Of a stretch of 64,000 nt of DNA, positions 8,611 to 18,586 are shown in pieces. Every line of letters begins with the position of its first letter. The first letter of the stretch is position 1. This DNA comes from a virus (lineage: Duplodnaviria > Caudoviricetes), in the IMG/VR virus record IMGVR_UViG_3300050581_000016, positions 1 to 64,000 of that record; one strand, 5' to 3'. Both the position numbers and the translations under genes were made by a program. Below the pieces are notes generated by a model. The model was not told where the DNA came from, searched no databases, and worked only from the letters and a program-made list of their open reading frames with translations.

Positions 8611-8846
8611 GCGTCCACCTCGTTCATTGCCTCCCGCAAGGCTCTTTTTCTGCGGGAGGCCCTGGCGGCGCCGACGACACGGAACTGCTCAAACCAGGCG
8701 TCGAAATCACTTCGGTTCACCCTTACAGACCGGCCCAGCTTGATATAAGGCATACCTGAAGCCATCCAGTTCCGCAAGGTGTTAATTGAAACGCTGACGT
8801 GGTCGGCCAGCTCCTTTAGGGTGAGATACTCTTTCATGGCGTTCAT
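8607..8846 (-). CDS. xis: Excisionase-like HTH protein
   Basis: YLTLKELADHVSVSINTLRNWMASGMPYIKLGRSVRV; 4-nt overlap with int. Confidence 0.8.
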   Translation of the reverse strand: MNAMKEYLTLKELADHVSVSINTLRNWMASGMPYIKLGRSVRVNRSDFDAWFEQFRVVGAARASRRKRALREAMNEVDA

Positions 8847-8849
8847 CCC

Positions 8850-8859
8850 TAAGTGCTTA
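8850..8859. promoter_or_regulatory. Operator TAAGTGCTTA immediately upstream of xis-int
   Basis: Exact copy of the dispersed motif, overlapping the stop codon of the upstream gene. Confidence 0.6.
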
Positions 8860-9312
8860 CTTATTGTTTTTACGCAAAAAAATAGGCTTCATCCCGATGA
8901 TGTAATCAGGGCCGAGCATCTTCTCGAACCGCTCGACGACCTTGGCCATGCGAAGGTTCATGGCGCCGGTCGTTGGCGGCGCCATCAAGATGTCCTTCTC
9001 GAACTCGACCACATGCTCGTAAACGTCATCGAAGCTCAGTTTTGGGTTCCGGTGCAGGCAGAACGCCGCATGGGTGAACCCGCAGAGCCCCAATAGGTGC
9101 AAGGCGGCCTGTTCGTTGACCTGGAAGCGCTCGATGACGCCCCCGATGTCGGCCAGAGCGATCAGCGACTCAGTCGAGTTCAGAACGAATGAGGCGTCAA
9201 CCCGCTGGCCCAGAGCCTCCAGCATCTCGTTGTATATTTCGCCCATTTCCCCATCTTCAACCCTCTTTGCGATGTACCAGCAGACGGCCTCTCCGGCGTC
9301 CTTGAATTTCAT
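8857..9312 (-). CDS. Hypothetical protein
   Basis: 151-aa ORF between helicase and xis; RBS AGAGGG. Confidence 0.65.
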   Translation of the reverse strand: MKFKDAGEAVCWYIAKRVEDGEMGEIYNEMLEALGQRVDASFVLNSTESLIALADIGGVIERFQVNEQAALHLLGLCGFTHAAFCLHRNPKLSFDDVYEHVVEFEKDILMAPPTTGAMNLRMAKVVERFEKMLGPDYIIGMKPIFLRKNNK

Positions 9313-9320
9313 GGTTCCCT

Positions 9321-10895
9321 CTACAGTATGACAAAGCCCTTCTCCCGCTTGACCAGCTCGTAGCGACGCTGGCTATGCTCGAACAGGTTCGGGTGTTGCC
9401 GGTCGATGAAGTCGATGACGATGGCGTAGTTCTCTTCTTTCTTCCGCATGGCCCTCCCAGTGCGCTGGAACAGGGCCGGGGCCGACTTGTTCCCGGCTGC
9501 CAGAATGACCCCGCTGATGACGTCGCAGTCCACGCCCTCGTCGTAGATGTTGGTTGCGATCAGGACGTCCAGCTTGTCGTTCTGCATGTGCCGGAAGGCC
9601 CGCTCGCGCTCATGCTGTTCCGTCGCCCCATCCTGGTATGCGACCCGCAGGCCCTTCTTGAGCATCATGTCCTCAAGAAGCTGCCCGTGCTCGACCTGGT
9701 TCACGATCACCAGAACCTTCTTGTCCATCTTGACCAGGCGCTGGGCCTGTAAGACGATGATCCCGTTCCGGTAGGAGTTGTGAACGATGCCGTTGGTGTA
9801 GGCCACTCGATAGCTCTTGCCCTTGAGGTTTGGCGTGGTCACGTCGAAGAACTTAAAGTATGGCCTCGCCACGACCCCGGCTTCGACCAGGGTGGAGATG
9901 GGCACCTTGGCGACCACCGGCCCAGCGACTCCCAGGAGGAACATATCGTCCTGCGCGTTGCCCTTCATGAAAGGCGTTGCCGTCAGGGCGAGCCTGTAAA
10001 AGGCGTTCCTGCACAAGATGGCTGGACGGTGGAACTGCTTGGCACCCGATCTGTGCGCTTCGTCGATTATCAATAGTTGAATGCTGTTCAAAAATTCGAT
10101 CAATTCGTTGAATCGTCCTTCAATCATTTCGTCCGTGGCGTCAAGGCGTAGGTACTTCTGGTAGAGGTCTACCGTCGCTTTGTCCTGGGCGTTCTTGTGC
10201 TTCTTGACCTTGAGTTCTTCGAGCTTCTCCTGGATCGTCTGGGGCGTGAGCTTCGTCTTGCGGTAGTCTCTCAGGTCTTCGTAGGCTCGTATGATCGCGT
10301 CGATGGTCTGAACCGTGGCGATGGTGATGAAGTTCGGCTCGTAGATGCCGTCACCTATCGCCCCGATCTTGCCCTTGATGTCGGGGTTTCTGAGCACGAA
10401 CCGCTTGGCCGTCTGGTGCAGCAGATGGGCGCGGTGCGTCAGGAACAGCGTCTTTAAGCCACAACCTCTTGATATTGCTATACTTATTTCTGTTTTGCCT
10501 GAACCCGTTGGCGACTGTACGACTCCACGGCCTCGCTTCATGAAGTCCTCGATGGCCTGAACCTGATAGTCCCGCATCGTGATCCCGTGCAGGATGTTCG
10601 CGTAGTCTGGGCTTGCCGGGAGGCTGGGCCTGGTTCGGGTGTCGCTGATGTTGAAGTCTATCCCGGCCCGCTTCAGGGCCGCACAGGCCGTCCAGAGGAA
10701 GCCGGTCAGGAAGGTGTTGTTGCGCCGGTCAAAGAACGACTTGCGACCGTCCCAGGTTTTGAGCCTGGGATTCTTGCGCCTGATGATCTCGATCTTCGGG
10801 ATCATATATGAAAGGGCCGTGTAGACGGCGTTCAACTCGTCCCTTCTGGGAGAGCTTGCCTTCGTGAACACGTTGCCCACAGTGAACTGGATCAT
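9321..10895 (-). CDS. Superfamily 2 helicase (UvsW/RAD25-like)
   Basis: MRDYQ, SPTGSGKT, IDEAH, LTATP, QRTGRAMR; likely start ATG 10895. Confidence 0.9.
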   Translation of the reverse strand: MIQFTVGNVFTKASSPRRDELNAVYTALSYMIPKIEIIRRKNPRLKTWDGRKSFFDRRNNTFLTGFLWTACAALKRAGIDFNISDTRTRPSLPASPDYANILHGITMRDYQVQAIEDFMKRGRGVVQSPTGSGKTEISIAISRGCGLKTLFLTHRAHLLHQTAKRFVLRNPDIKGKIGAIGDGIYEPNFITIATVQTIDAIIRAYEDLRDYRKTKLTPQTIQEKLEELKVKKHKNAQDKATVDLYQKYLRLDATDEMIEGRFNELIEFLNSIQLLIIDEAHRSGAKQFHRPAILCRNAFYRLALTATPFMKGNAQDDMFLLGVAGPVVAKVPISTLVEAGVVARPYFKFFDVTTPNLKGKSYRVAYTNGIVHNSYRNGIIVLQAQRLVKMDKKVLVIVNQVEHGQLLEDMMLKKGLRVAYQDGATEQHERERAFRHMQNDKLDVLIATNIYDEGVDCDVISGVILAAGNKSAPALFQRTGRAMRKKEENYAIVIDFIDRQHPNLFEHSQRRYELVKREKGFVIL

Positions 10896-10984
10896 GGCTT
10901 CTCCGTCTAGCCTCCTGGGAAAGGTTCGGGTGCTGGGCCGTTCCCAGCACCCTGACGGTTGAAACAACAAACACGGAGGCTTCA

Positions 10985-11386
10985 CTGGTATTACAGTCAG
11001 AAATCGGCCTATCTGGTAAAAGTTTTTTTGCCTGGGCGTGATTTTTTCTGGGAAGGGCCTGGGAGGCGTCCAAGGAATGGCGTCAGTAGTCTGGCCGCGC
11101 TTCGCGGCCTCTGTTTGCCGCGAACCGTATCCCGAAGGGATACGGGATAGGCAAACAGCCCTATATAATAATAAATAGCTTCAGCGAAGCTGAAGCGTAA
11201 TTTCTTTCTATTATCGTTCTATGACTTTCTATGATCTGAACGGACTGTATCGCGCACGCGCACGCACGCGAGGGCGTGAAGTCTGTTTACTGCTTTGGTT
11301 GCCCGCCTTTCCAGGCCCTCCCAGGAAAATGCACGGCCTCGAAAATAAAGTTTACCCGATGTGGCCTTTCCCGACTGTAATACCAG
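10985..11386. other. Candidate replication origin / divergent control region
   Basis: About 80-bp imperfect inverted repeats at the ends, two GAA-triloop hairpins (11125-11145, 11178-11196), AT-rich core, alternating purine-pyrimidine tract 11251-11270. Confidence 0.5.
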
Positions 11387-11415
11387 TGAGCGCAATACCA
11401 ACGGGAGGTATCGAG

Positions 11416-12042
11416 ATGGACTACGAACAGCAACTGATCGAAACGAAGTGGTTTGACTACAAGCCGCTTCCCCCAGACACGGCAACCCTGGCCTTCATCG
11501 TCGAGCACGCGAAGGGCCTGGTCAGACAGCTTGAGTACCTGGGCGAGGAAGGGGCCTACTATAAGGCGACCGGCGCCCTGTTCGGGAGCCGAGGCTTGAA
11601 GCGGGCGAACCCGACAGCCTGGAAGCACTGGAAGCTCTTTGAGCGCCTACGGCAGAGGGCCGACGAGCGTTGCATGCGATACGACCTCTTCTGGGCAATG
11701 GCCTTTGAGGCGTACAACGAGTTCGGCTGGGGAACGAGGCAGACGAAGCGAAAGAGCTGCTTTGTGCCGTTCAACTACTTCACGAGCAAGGCTCTGCTTT
11801 CCAGGGTCTTCGACGGCTGGGAGGAGTACAGGCGGCAGTTCCTGGTCAAGTCGCACATCCCGTTCCTGAGAGCCGAGGCTTTCACCGGCCACCCTTTCCA
11901 GGTGGGATACTGGCGTTACGTCGCTGACGAAATCAAGAGGCGCTATCCCAGGAAGTGGTACGAGCGCCTGGACGAGATGAGGGTTGCCGGTGAATTCCCC
12001 AGCGGCAACGATTGGCTTGCTTTTTGCACTTCAAAGCAGTAA
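11416..12042 (+). CDS. Hypothetical protein heading the replication operon
   Basis: Likely start ATG 11416 (GGGAGG RBS); position upstream of dnaB suggests a replication role (inference). Confidence 0.65.
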   Translation: MDYEQQLIETKWFDYKPLPPDTATLAFIVEHAKGLVRQLEYLGEEGAYYKATGALFGSRGLKRANPTAWKHWKLFERLRQRADERCMRYDLFWAMAFEAYNEFGWGTRQTKRKSCFVPFNYFTSKALLSRVFDGWEEYRRQFLVKSHIPFLRAEAFTGHPFQVGYWRYVADEIKRRYPRKWYERLDEMRVAGEFPSGNDWLAFCTSKQ

Positions 12043-12074
12043 GCACTTACGACACTCAACAAGGAGATTTGAAC

Positions 12075-12377
12075 ATGACGACGGCTACGGAAATCACCAG
12101 AGGATTCGGGCGTTTGACGGTTGTGATGCCCAAGCTGCCCTGCAACTGCGAGGGCGTCAAACACGTCGGGCACATCAAAGATCATTGCATCTTGCCGGAT
12201 GGCGAGCGCCTTCACGTTACGGGCGTCATTCGGTGGAACGGGAATCTGGCCTACTGCGAGGCCGAGACGGTCGAAACCCTGGCGAGGAACCTTGAGGATC
12301 GTTATCCGTCATTGAAGCCCGCCTTAATGAAGCGTCCGGTGCTGGGCCAATGGCTCCGTGACGCGGGAGTGAATTGA
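12075..12377 (+). CDS. Hypothetical protein
   Basis: ATG 12075 with AAGGAG RBS; operator TAAGCACTTA at 12040-12049 just upstream. Confidence 0.6.
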   Translation: MTTATEITRGFGRLTVVMPKLPCNCEGVKHVGHIKDHCILPDGERLHVTGVIRWNGNLAYCEAETVETLARNLEDRYPSLKPALMKRPVLGQWLRDAGVN

Positions 12378-12378
12378 C

Positions 12379-12633
12379 ATGAATGGTGATGCCAAAACGA
12401 TGCTGTTGGTCGCAAAGTCTGCGCGGGTTATCAGATCGTGCGAGACGGCTGAGCAAATCAAGGTGGCAGAGGCATTTCTGAAGAGAACTTTGCGCGTTAT
12501 CGGCTGGCGCGGCCTCTTCGCCTCGCACCTGGCAACGGAAGCGTGTTGGAAGTTGATGCTTCTCCTTGAGCACGCAAAACGTCGTGTTTATCGGGAAGGA
12601 GGGAATGAATGGAACAGCTTAGCAAAGAGTTGA
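12379..12633 (+). CDS. Small hypothetical protein, paralogue of 12609-12842
   Basis: RVIRSCETAEQIKVAEAFL. Confidence 0.6.
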   Translation: MNGDAKTMLLVAKSARVIRSCETAEQIKVAEAFLKRTLRVIGWRGLFASHLATEACWKLMLLLEHAKRRVYREGGNEWNSLAKS

Positions 12634-12842
12634 TGATCGCGGTGAAGATCGAGCGTGTCATCAGGTCGTGCAAGACGCCTAACCACATCAAGGCGGCAGA
12701 AATCTTCTTGAGGGCGGGGTTGCGGGCAATGGGATTTCACACGTTCTCGCCGGATTGGATGTGGGATGTGAGGTCTGACCTTGAGGGCCTTCTTGGCGCG
12801 ATGAGGCGCCTTATCAAAGCGGAGGCTGAGCGCCATGCTTGA
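12609..12842 (+). CDS. Small hypothetical protein, paralogue of 12379-12633
   Basis: RVIRSCKTPNHIKAAEIFL. Confidence 0.6.
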   Translation: MEQLSKELMIAVKIERVIRSCKTPNHIKAAEIFLRAGLRAMGFHTFSPDWMWDVRSDLEGLLGAMRRLIKAEAERHA

Positions 12843-14148
12843 TCTGAACTTCGAGGCCAAGACCCTGGCCTGCCTCTTGAGGTCGAACCAGTTCTGCGCC
12901 GTGGCGGCCCAGCACATGAGTCCCAGCCACTTCGAGGGCGCCATGCGAAAGAACCTGGCCAAGATGGCCCTGGACTTCCACGGCCTCTACGGGACGCACC
13001 TGACCGGCTTGGGCTTCGTGAACGAAATGAAGAAGCTGGTCAAGGCGGGCACCCTGAAGAAGGCCGAGGTCAACGCCTACACAGAAGAGTACAAGGCCCT
13101 GGCCGCCCTGGACATCTCTGATTGGGAGTACGTCCTCAAGGAAAACATGACCTTCATCAAGGGTCGGGAGATGCGGGCGCTCATTGAAGACGCCGTCAAG
13201 AAGCACCTTCCCAAGGACGACTTCGAGGCCATCGAGAAGCAGTTCGGGAAGATCGCGGCCATCAGCATGCGGGCGTCTGTCGAGCCGGTTGACTACTACG
13301 ACGAGAAGGCGGTTGACGACAGATCGAAGCGCCGGGAGGACGAGAAGGCGTCGCGGGTGATCGGCATCTCCACCGGCATCAAGCAGATCGACGCCTTCCT
13401 GCCGTCCCAGGGCTGGCGCCGCAAAGAACTCTACATCATCATGGGAGGGGCCAAGCGGGGCAAGACGATGGCCATGCTCTGGTTCGCCTACTGCGCGAGC
13501 CTCCAGGGCTTCAACGTGCCCTACTTCTCATGCGAGGTCAGCCGGGAGGTCATTGAAGACCGGCTGGACGCCATGATCGCCAACGTCGAAATCAACAAGC
13601 TCCCAGACAACATCAGACACGTTGCCGACCGAGTCAAACTGACCAGGCCCACGGGGCGCATCTTCATCTACGAGTATCCGACCCGATCCCTGTCCGTGCC
13701 CGAAATGCGGCGGCAGATACAGAAGCTGGAGATGGAGAAGGGCATCAGCGTGGACATGATCGTGAGCGACTACGCCCAGATCATGAAGGCGTCCAGGCGC
13801 TACGCCGACGACCCGTTGAGGGAAGAGGCCAGCATCTTTGAGGATCACCGCAAGATGGCCGGTGAGTTCGGTATTCCGGTCATCACGGGCTCCCAGACGA
13901 ATCGGGCTGGCTCGACCAAGGCCGTGGTCAAGGGAACGGACACGGGCGGGACATTCGAGAAGATTGCCATCGCGGACGGCACTCTGACCCTGTCGGCACG
14001 GGATGAGGAGCTGGCGGGCGGCTTCATGCGGATCAGGCTGAGCGAGATGCGGAACGCGCCGAGCAAGACCTTCAAGATCAAGACCGACTTCGGCATGGGC
14101 CGGTTCTACAGGGAGTTCGTCGAGGTCGAAGAGGAGGAAGCGGCATGA
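12835..14148 (+). CDS. dnaB: Replicative DNA helicase (DnaB-like)
   Basis: Walker A GGAKRGKT, FSCEV, DYAQIM, TGSQTNR, MRN arginine-finger region. Confidence 0.9.
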   Translation: MLDLNFEAKTLACLLRSNQFCAVAAQHMSPSHFEGAMRKNLAKMALDFHGLYGTHLTGLGFVNEMKKLVKAGTLKKAEVNAYTEEYKALAALDISDWEYVLKENMTFIKGREMRALIEDAVKKHLPKDDFEAIEKQFGKIAAISMRASVEPVDYYDEKAVDDRSKRREDEKASRVIGISTGIKQIDAFLPSQGWRRKELYIIMGGAKRGKTMAMLWFAYCASLQGFNVPYFSCEVSREVIEDRLDAMIANVEINKLPDNIRHVADRVKLTRPTGRIFIYEYPTRSLSVPEMRRQIQKLEMEKGISVDMIVSDYAQIMKASRRYADDPLREEASIFEDHRKMAGEFGIPVITGSQTNRAGSTKAVVKGTDTGGTFEKIAIADGTLTLSARDEELAGGFMRIRLSEMRNAPSKTFKIKTDFGMGRFYREFVEVEEEEAA

Positions 14149-14573
14149 GATTGGAATTCATGTCAGGAAGCGGCGAGTGTTTTAGCGGCGGCGAGCTGGT
14201 TGAGAGCCACCCAGGGGTTCAGGAGATGGACGGGACATGGATTGAGCCGCCATCTATGGAGCCTATCATTGACCTGGGCGAGCTTGAGGCGGTCTTTGCC
14301 TACATGAGCGAGCAGTTCCCAAAGGGCTGGAAGATCGAGGACGGCAAGGTCATCTCAGCGGTGCCGGTCAAGAAGCGGCGAGCCGCCAAGGCGCCTCTCA
14401 AGAAGAACACTATGAGGCTGGATGAGAATGGCTTGACGCTCGAAGACGACGAGCTGAAGGTCTGCCCCGATTGTGGCGGGAATGGCTGCATAGAAGACGA
14501 GATGGGCTTTCGCATGTGCAATACCTGTGCCAGCATGGGCGCTATCAGAAAGGACGGAGACGATGACCTGTAA
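14145..14573 (+). CDS. Hypothetical protein with C-terminal zinc ribbon
   Basis: CPDCGGNG...CNTC; 4-nt overlap with dnaB. Confidence 0.6.
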   Translation: MRLEFMSGSGECFSGGELVESHPGVQEMDGTWIEPPSMEPIIDLGELEAVFAYMSEQFPKGWKIEDGKVISAVPVKKRRAAKAPLKKNTMRLDENGLTLEDDELKVCPDCGGNGCIEDEMGFRMCNTCASMGAIRKDGDDDL

Positions 14574-14736
14574 TTGCAACTGTCATACCGATTGGTGGGA
14601 GAAGGCGGGCGGCAAGAAGCACGCCGACTGCAACGAATGTACCCTGGAGCTGTTCAAGGAGGCACAGGAGATCAATACGGCCAAGGGCGAGATCGCCTAT
14701 GTCGTCTGCGATGAAGACGACGGATACCCAGACTAG
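14563..14736 (+). CDS. Small Cys-rich protein
   Basis: ATG 14563 with GGAG RBS; CNCNCH...CNEC. Confidence 0.45.
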   Translation: MTCNCNCHTDWWEKAGGKKHADCNECTLELFKEAQEINTAKGEIAYVVCDEDDGYPD

Positions 14737-14745
14737 GAGGGCGTC

Positions 14746-15699
14746 GTGGGCTTCCGAGACTACCTTGAACAGCACTTCAACTTGAAAGAGGTGTCGGCGG
14801 GCACTCAGCTTCAGGTGCTGGGCGAGTGCCCGTTCTGCGGCAAGGACAGCGACGATCTGAGGCTCTATGTCAACGCCTCGACCGGCCTGGGCTTCTGCCA
14901 GCACTGTTCCAAGGGCTTCAGCCCGATAGGGTTCGTCATGGCCCGCGAGCGCTGCACGGCGAAGCAGGCCGGTCGGATTCTGGCGGGCCTGGGCGACGGC
15001 TACGTCAGGACGGAGGACGACGATCCTGATCCGGTCATTGCGGTTCCCTGGCCGGTCATGGAGGGCGTCTTCGACCACCCGCACGCCCAGGCGTACTTGA
15101 ACAACCGGAACGTGAGCGACGCCATGATCGAGGCTCACGGCCTGGGTTACTGCACCAAGAACATGCTCTATGGCGACAAGGTCTACCGGACGGCTGGCCG
15201 GATCATCATCCCGGTCTACGATGCTGCCGGGAACCCCGTGGGCTGGCAGGGACGGGACACCACCGGCAAGAGCAAGATCAAGTATCTGTTTCCACCCCGC
15301 TTCGATGCGAGTGAGCACCTGTTCAATATCCATGCCGTCCTGGGGAGCCCGACCTATGTGATCCTCTGCGAGGGAGCCTTCGACGTCTTTGGCTGGAAGC
15401 GCTTTGGGATCGTGAACGTCCTGGGAACCTTCGGGAAGAAGATCAGCCATGCTCAGGTGGACTTGTTACTGGGCCTGGGCGTCAAGAATGTCCTCATTGC
15501 CTGGGACAGTGACGCCCATTGGGAGCGTGATACGTTTTGCGAGCAGTATGGACATCTATTCAAGACCCGAATCGTTGACCTGGGCGGCGTGGATGCAGAT
15601 GAAGCGAGCCAACAGGATGTGAACAAAGCCCTTCGAGAGGCAAGGGCCTATGATTGGTCTGTCAAGATTCTGGCCAGCTTGAATGACAAGGAAGGCTAG
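14746..15699 (+). CDS. dnaG: DNA primase (zinc finger + TOPRIM)
   Basis: CPFC...CQHC zinc finger, GRIIIP, KYLFP, CEGAFD, WDSD. Confidence 0.9.
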   Translation: MGFRDYLEQHFNLKEVSAGTQLQVLGECPFCGKDSDDLRLYVNASTGLGFCQHCSKGFSPIGFVMARERCTAKQAGRILAGLGDGYVRTEDDDPDPVIAVPWPVMEGVFDHPHAQAYLNNRNVSDAMIEAHGLGYCTKNMLYGDKVYRTAGRIIIPVYDAAGNPVGWQGRDTTGKSKIKYLFPPRFDASEHLFNIHAVLGSPTYVILCEGAFDVFGWKRFGIVNVLGTFGKKISHAQVDLLLGLGVKNVLIAWDSDAHWERDTFCEQYGHLFKTRIVDLGGVDADEASQQDVNKALREARAYDWSVKILASLNDKEG

Positions 15700-16112
15700 A
15701 CGGCGCCCAGTATTGGGCCGCGTCTGTTGGGTTTCCGATCTACGAGAGGTGCAATTTTTGAAACCAGTTTGTCAAGGAGCTTCTCGACTTTCTTGTCAAT
15801 GGCGTCTTTAGACCCTTCGCCGAGGTTTCGCATCGCTGGCATGGCCGAGAAAATTGCCTGATAGCACTCTGGATACAGGTATTTCAGAAGTACGAGCCCA
15901 AATTCTTTCGGCATTTCGTAGGCTTCTACGAAGTCGTTGATTCTGGTCAATGGCACGGTCGATTTGTTCGTTTCGATCATGCTGATGAAGTTTGCGTTTC
16001 GATAGCTCAGCCGGTCTGCGATCTCCTTCTGCGAGATGTTGATTTTTTCTCGCTGGATTTTCAACACGGCACCGATCAGTTTCGCCTTCTCGTACTTCGC
16101 ATCGGCCATCAT
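15696..16112 (-). CDS. XRE-family HTH regulator, probable repressor
   Basis: LKIQREKINISQKEIADRLSYRNANFISMIETNK; divergent from cobT with three operator-like sites in the gap. Confidence 0.8.
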   Translation of the reverse strand: MMADAKYEKAKLIGAVLKIQREKINISQKEIADRLSYRNANFISMIETNKSTVPLTRINDFVEAYEMPKEFGLVLLKYLYPECYQAIFSAMPAMRNLGEGSKDAIDKKVEKLLDKLVSKIAPLVDRKPNRRGPILGAV

Positions 16113-16367
16113 CCCCCCCCCCTTCCCTCTCTCTTTCAAAGATTCCGTTCACTGTCGGTTCTTTTAGCCTCACTTAAGGTTAATTAAGCGCTTAGCAGAT
16201 TGCAAGAGGAAAATACAATTCTCATTAAAAAAATTTAATGTTTCTGGCATCTTTGCCGATATCCCGTTCGTGGAGGCTCGACAACGCTTTGATCTATATA
16301 GCGATTCATTAATACACCATTATTAGAGGCGCCAGAAGCAAAAATCACGAAGCACTTAATTTTTTTC

Positions 16368-16396
16368 TTGCAATCAGTCACTGCTTAGTATATTGT
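16368..16396 (+). promoter_or_regulatory. sigma70 promoter TTGCAA-17-TATTGT; operators at 16185-16194, 16349-16358, 16378-16387
   Basis: Exact 17-bp spacing; TAAGCGCTTA, GAAGCACTTA and TCACTGCTTA variants. Confidence 0.7.
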
Positions 16397-16439
16397 GGGC
16401 TTGACGGTTAAGCAACGACCCAAACCAACGGAGGATACG

Positions 16440-18470
16440 ATGCAAAGCGAACTGACCAAAGTAGCACGGATCATGAGCCAGAAGTACGACGTCCAGGTTG
16501 CCTGCAAAGGCGCCCAGGCGTACACCAATGGCAATCTGGTCGTGATTCCGGCCTTGCCCGAGAAGATGACCGACGAAGCTAAGGCCATCGTGCGAGGCTA
16601 CCTTGACCATGAAAAAGGCCATGTGACCCGCACCGACTTTGAAGCCATGAAGGCTGCCCGCCTTGACCCCACGCTTCACAAGGTCTGGAACTACATTGAG
16701 GACTTGTGGACGGAGGCCGCCGACGCCCGCGAATACCCCGGAACGAAAACCAATCTGAATGCCCTGGCAGAATCGGTTATCAAGGGCGAACCCCAGGAAC
16801 ATCCCATGATGCAGTTGTTCGTTGAGGGACGCCGCCAGATCGGAGGCTACGCCCTGAGCGGGCCGAGCTACGACCGCGAAATCAAACACCACTTCGGGGC
16901 CGACGTGCTTGAGCGGATCGCGGCCATCACCAGCACGAGCGAAGCGATTGAGCTGGCACGCAAGCTGGTTGAGAACTACGACAACTCAATGCCTGACCCG
17001 CAAGACGGCCCGACCGGCGAGAGCGAAGAATCGGCACCGTCCAAGGGCCAGAGCAACGACAAGGGCAAAGACCAGGGCGACGGCGAGCAGGCCGAGAGCG
17101 ACGAGCAGGGCGAGGGTGAAGGCTCTGAGGGCGCTGGCAAGAGCGACGAGCAGGGCGAGGGGGAAGGCTCCGAGGGTGATGGCGAGGGCGAAGACGGCGA
17201 GGATCAGGAAGGCCAGGACGGTGAAGGCAAGGGCAAGGGCCAGGACGAAGGCGACGCCGAAGAGAGCGAAGGCGGCGAAGGTGACGGCTCTGAGGGCGAT
17301 GCCGGTGACGACAGCGACCAGGACGGCGAGGGCGACGGCGGCGAAGGCCAGGGCAGTCAGGACGGCGGCGACGGAGAGGCCGATGGGGATGGGAAAGGCG
17401 GCAAGGGTGAAGGCATCGCCGAGCAGGGCGACGAGCCGGAAGACGGCGACCATCACAAGGTCGAGGAAGGGCAAGCGGCGATTGCGGTTGCCCCCGACTT
17501 GAAGGATGCCCCCGAAGACCCCATCACCCTGGTCAAGGAGTACCTGAGCAAGCTCAATGCAGAGGCCCTTGACAGCGGCGAGTACATGATCTGGGACACC
17601 AGCATGGACATCGTGAGGCCCGCCAAAGAGGGCGACGACACCTTTGAGTATGAGCGCATGAAGAGGGAGCTTGGGAGCCTGAACGTGATGCGGGGTCGGG
17701 TTGCTCAGTTGTTCAACGCAAGAACGGCATCCAGGTGGACGGGCGACCGGGATCAGGGAAAGATCAACAACCGAGCGCTTGCGACCGTGGCAGCCGGGAA
17801 TCGACGGGTGTTCCGCGAAAAGCTGGTGAGCGCCGACAAGGACACCGCCGTGACCTTCCTGGTTGACCATAGCGGGAGCATGGAGTACGGCCCCGACCGT
17901 CAGGCCATGAAGGCCGTGATTGCCTTCCTTGAAACCCTGGAAGGCACGAAGATCAAGACGGAAGTCCTGACCTACACCACGAACTGGGACGCCAGCGAGG
18001 ACTACCACAAGCGCATAGTAAAAGCCCGCGAGGCAGCCAAGGCGGCCAAAGAGGGATACGGAAGGGTCGAGGGAACCCTGCATGTGATCGTGAAGGGATT
18101 CGACGAACCCTACGGACTGAAGATCAAGAGGCGCATCAGCAACTACCAGCGTGAGGTGTCCGCGAACAACTGTGACGGGGATTCGGTGAAGTGGGCTTAC
18201 GAGCGGATCAAGACCAGGCCCGAACAACGCAAGGTGCTCTTTGTGCTGACTGATGGATGTGTCTGCAATGCCGGGGATGACCGGAAGGGCATGGCCTACC
18301 TGAAGAAGGTCACGAAGGTGATCGAGGCCGACCCGCACGTTGAGCTTATCTGCCTTGCCATCGAAGAGGCGACCGCCAAGAAATACTACAAGAATTGCGT
18401 GGACATCACCGGGGCCGAGAACCTCCCAGCAACCCTGATGGGCGAGCTTAGAAAACTCCTCAAGGTGTAA
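16440..18470 (+). CDS. CobT-like von Willebrand A domain protein with long acidic linker
   Basis: N-terminal RGYLDHE, E/D/G-rich linker, MIDAS DHSGSM and LTDG; start ATG 16440 with GGAGG. Confidence 0.85.
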   Translation: MQSELTKVARIMSQKYDVQVACKGAQAYTNGNLVVIPALPEKMTDEAKAIVRGYLDHEKGHVTRTDFEAMKAARLDPTLHKVWNYIEDLWTEAADAREYPGTKTNLNALAESVIKGEPQEHPMMQLFVEGRRQIGGYALSGPSYDREIKHHFGADVLERIAAITSTSEAIELARKLVENYDNSMPDPQDGPTGESEESAPSKGQSNDKGKDQGDGEQAESDEQGEGEGSEGAGKSDEQGEGEGSEGDGEGEDGEDQEGQDGEGKGKGQDEGDAEESEGGEGDGSEGDAGDDSDQDGEGDGGEGQGSQDGGDGEADGDGKGGKGEGIAEQGDEPEDGDHHKVEEGQAAIAVAPDLKDAPEDPITLVKEYLSKLNAEALDSGEYMIWDTSMDIVRPAKEGDDTFEYERMKRELGSLNVMRGRVAQLFNARTASRWTGDRDQGKINNRALATVAAGNRRVFREKLVSADKDTAVTFLVDHSGSMEYGPDRQAMKAVIAFLETLEGTKIKTEVLTYTTNWDASEDYHKRIVKAREAAKAAKEGYGRVEGTLHVIVKGFDEPYGLKIKRRISNYQREVSANNCDGDSVKWAYERIKTRPEQRKVLFVLTDGCVCNAGDDRKGMAYLKKVTKVIEADPHVELICLAIEEATAKKYYKNCVDITGAENLPATLMGELRKLLKV

Positions 18471-18478
18471 CCACCGAA

Positions 18479-18496
18479 GGGCCGGGAAACCGGCCC
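18479..18496 (+). terminator. GGGCCGG-GAAA-CCGGCCC hairpin after cobT-like gene
   Basis: Perfect stem followed by TTTC. Confidence 0.7.
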
Positions 18497-18586
18497 TTTC
18501 TACTTTCCAGGCCCTTCCAGAGGCGCGAATTTTCAACACGCCGCCCAGCGACCAGGCAAAAAAGTTCACGGGCCTGGGCACCCGCC

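Noticed and set aside
7303-8748. Long antisense ORFs such as 7303..8748 (+), 16986..18680 (-), 21595..23148 (-), 32469..34205 (-), 37027..38115 (-)
   Set aside because: Shadows of real genes on the opposite strand, expected in GC-rich coding DNA; no motifs or RBS.
17040-17470. Tandem repeat or VNTR
   Set aside because: Low-complexity E/D/G coding linker of the CobT-like protein; repeats are codon-level and degenerate.
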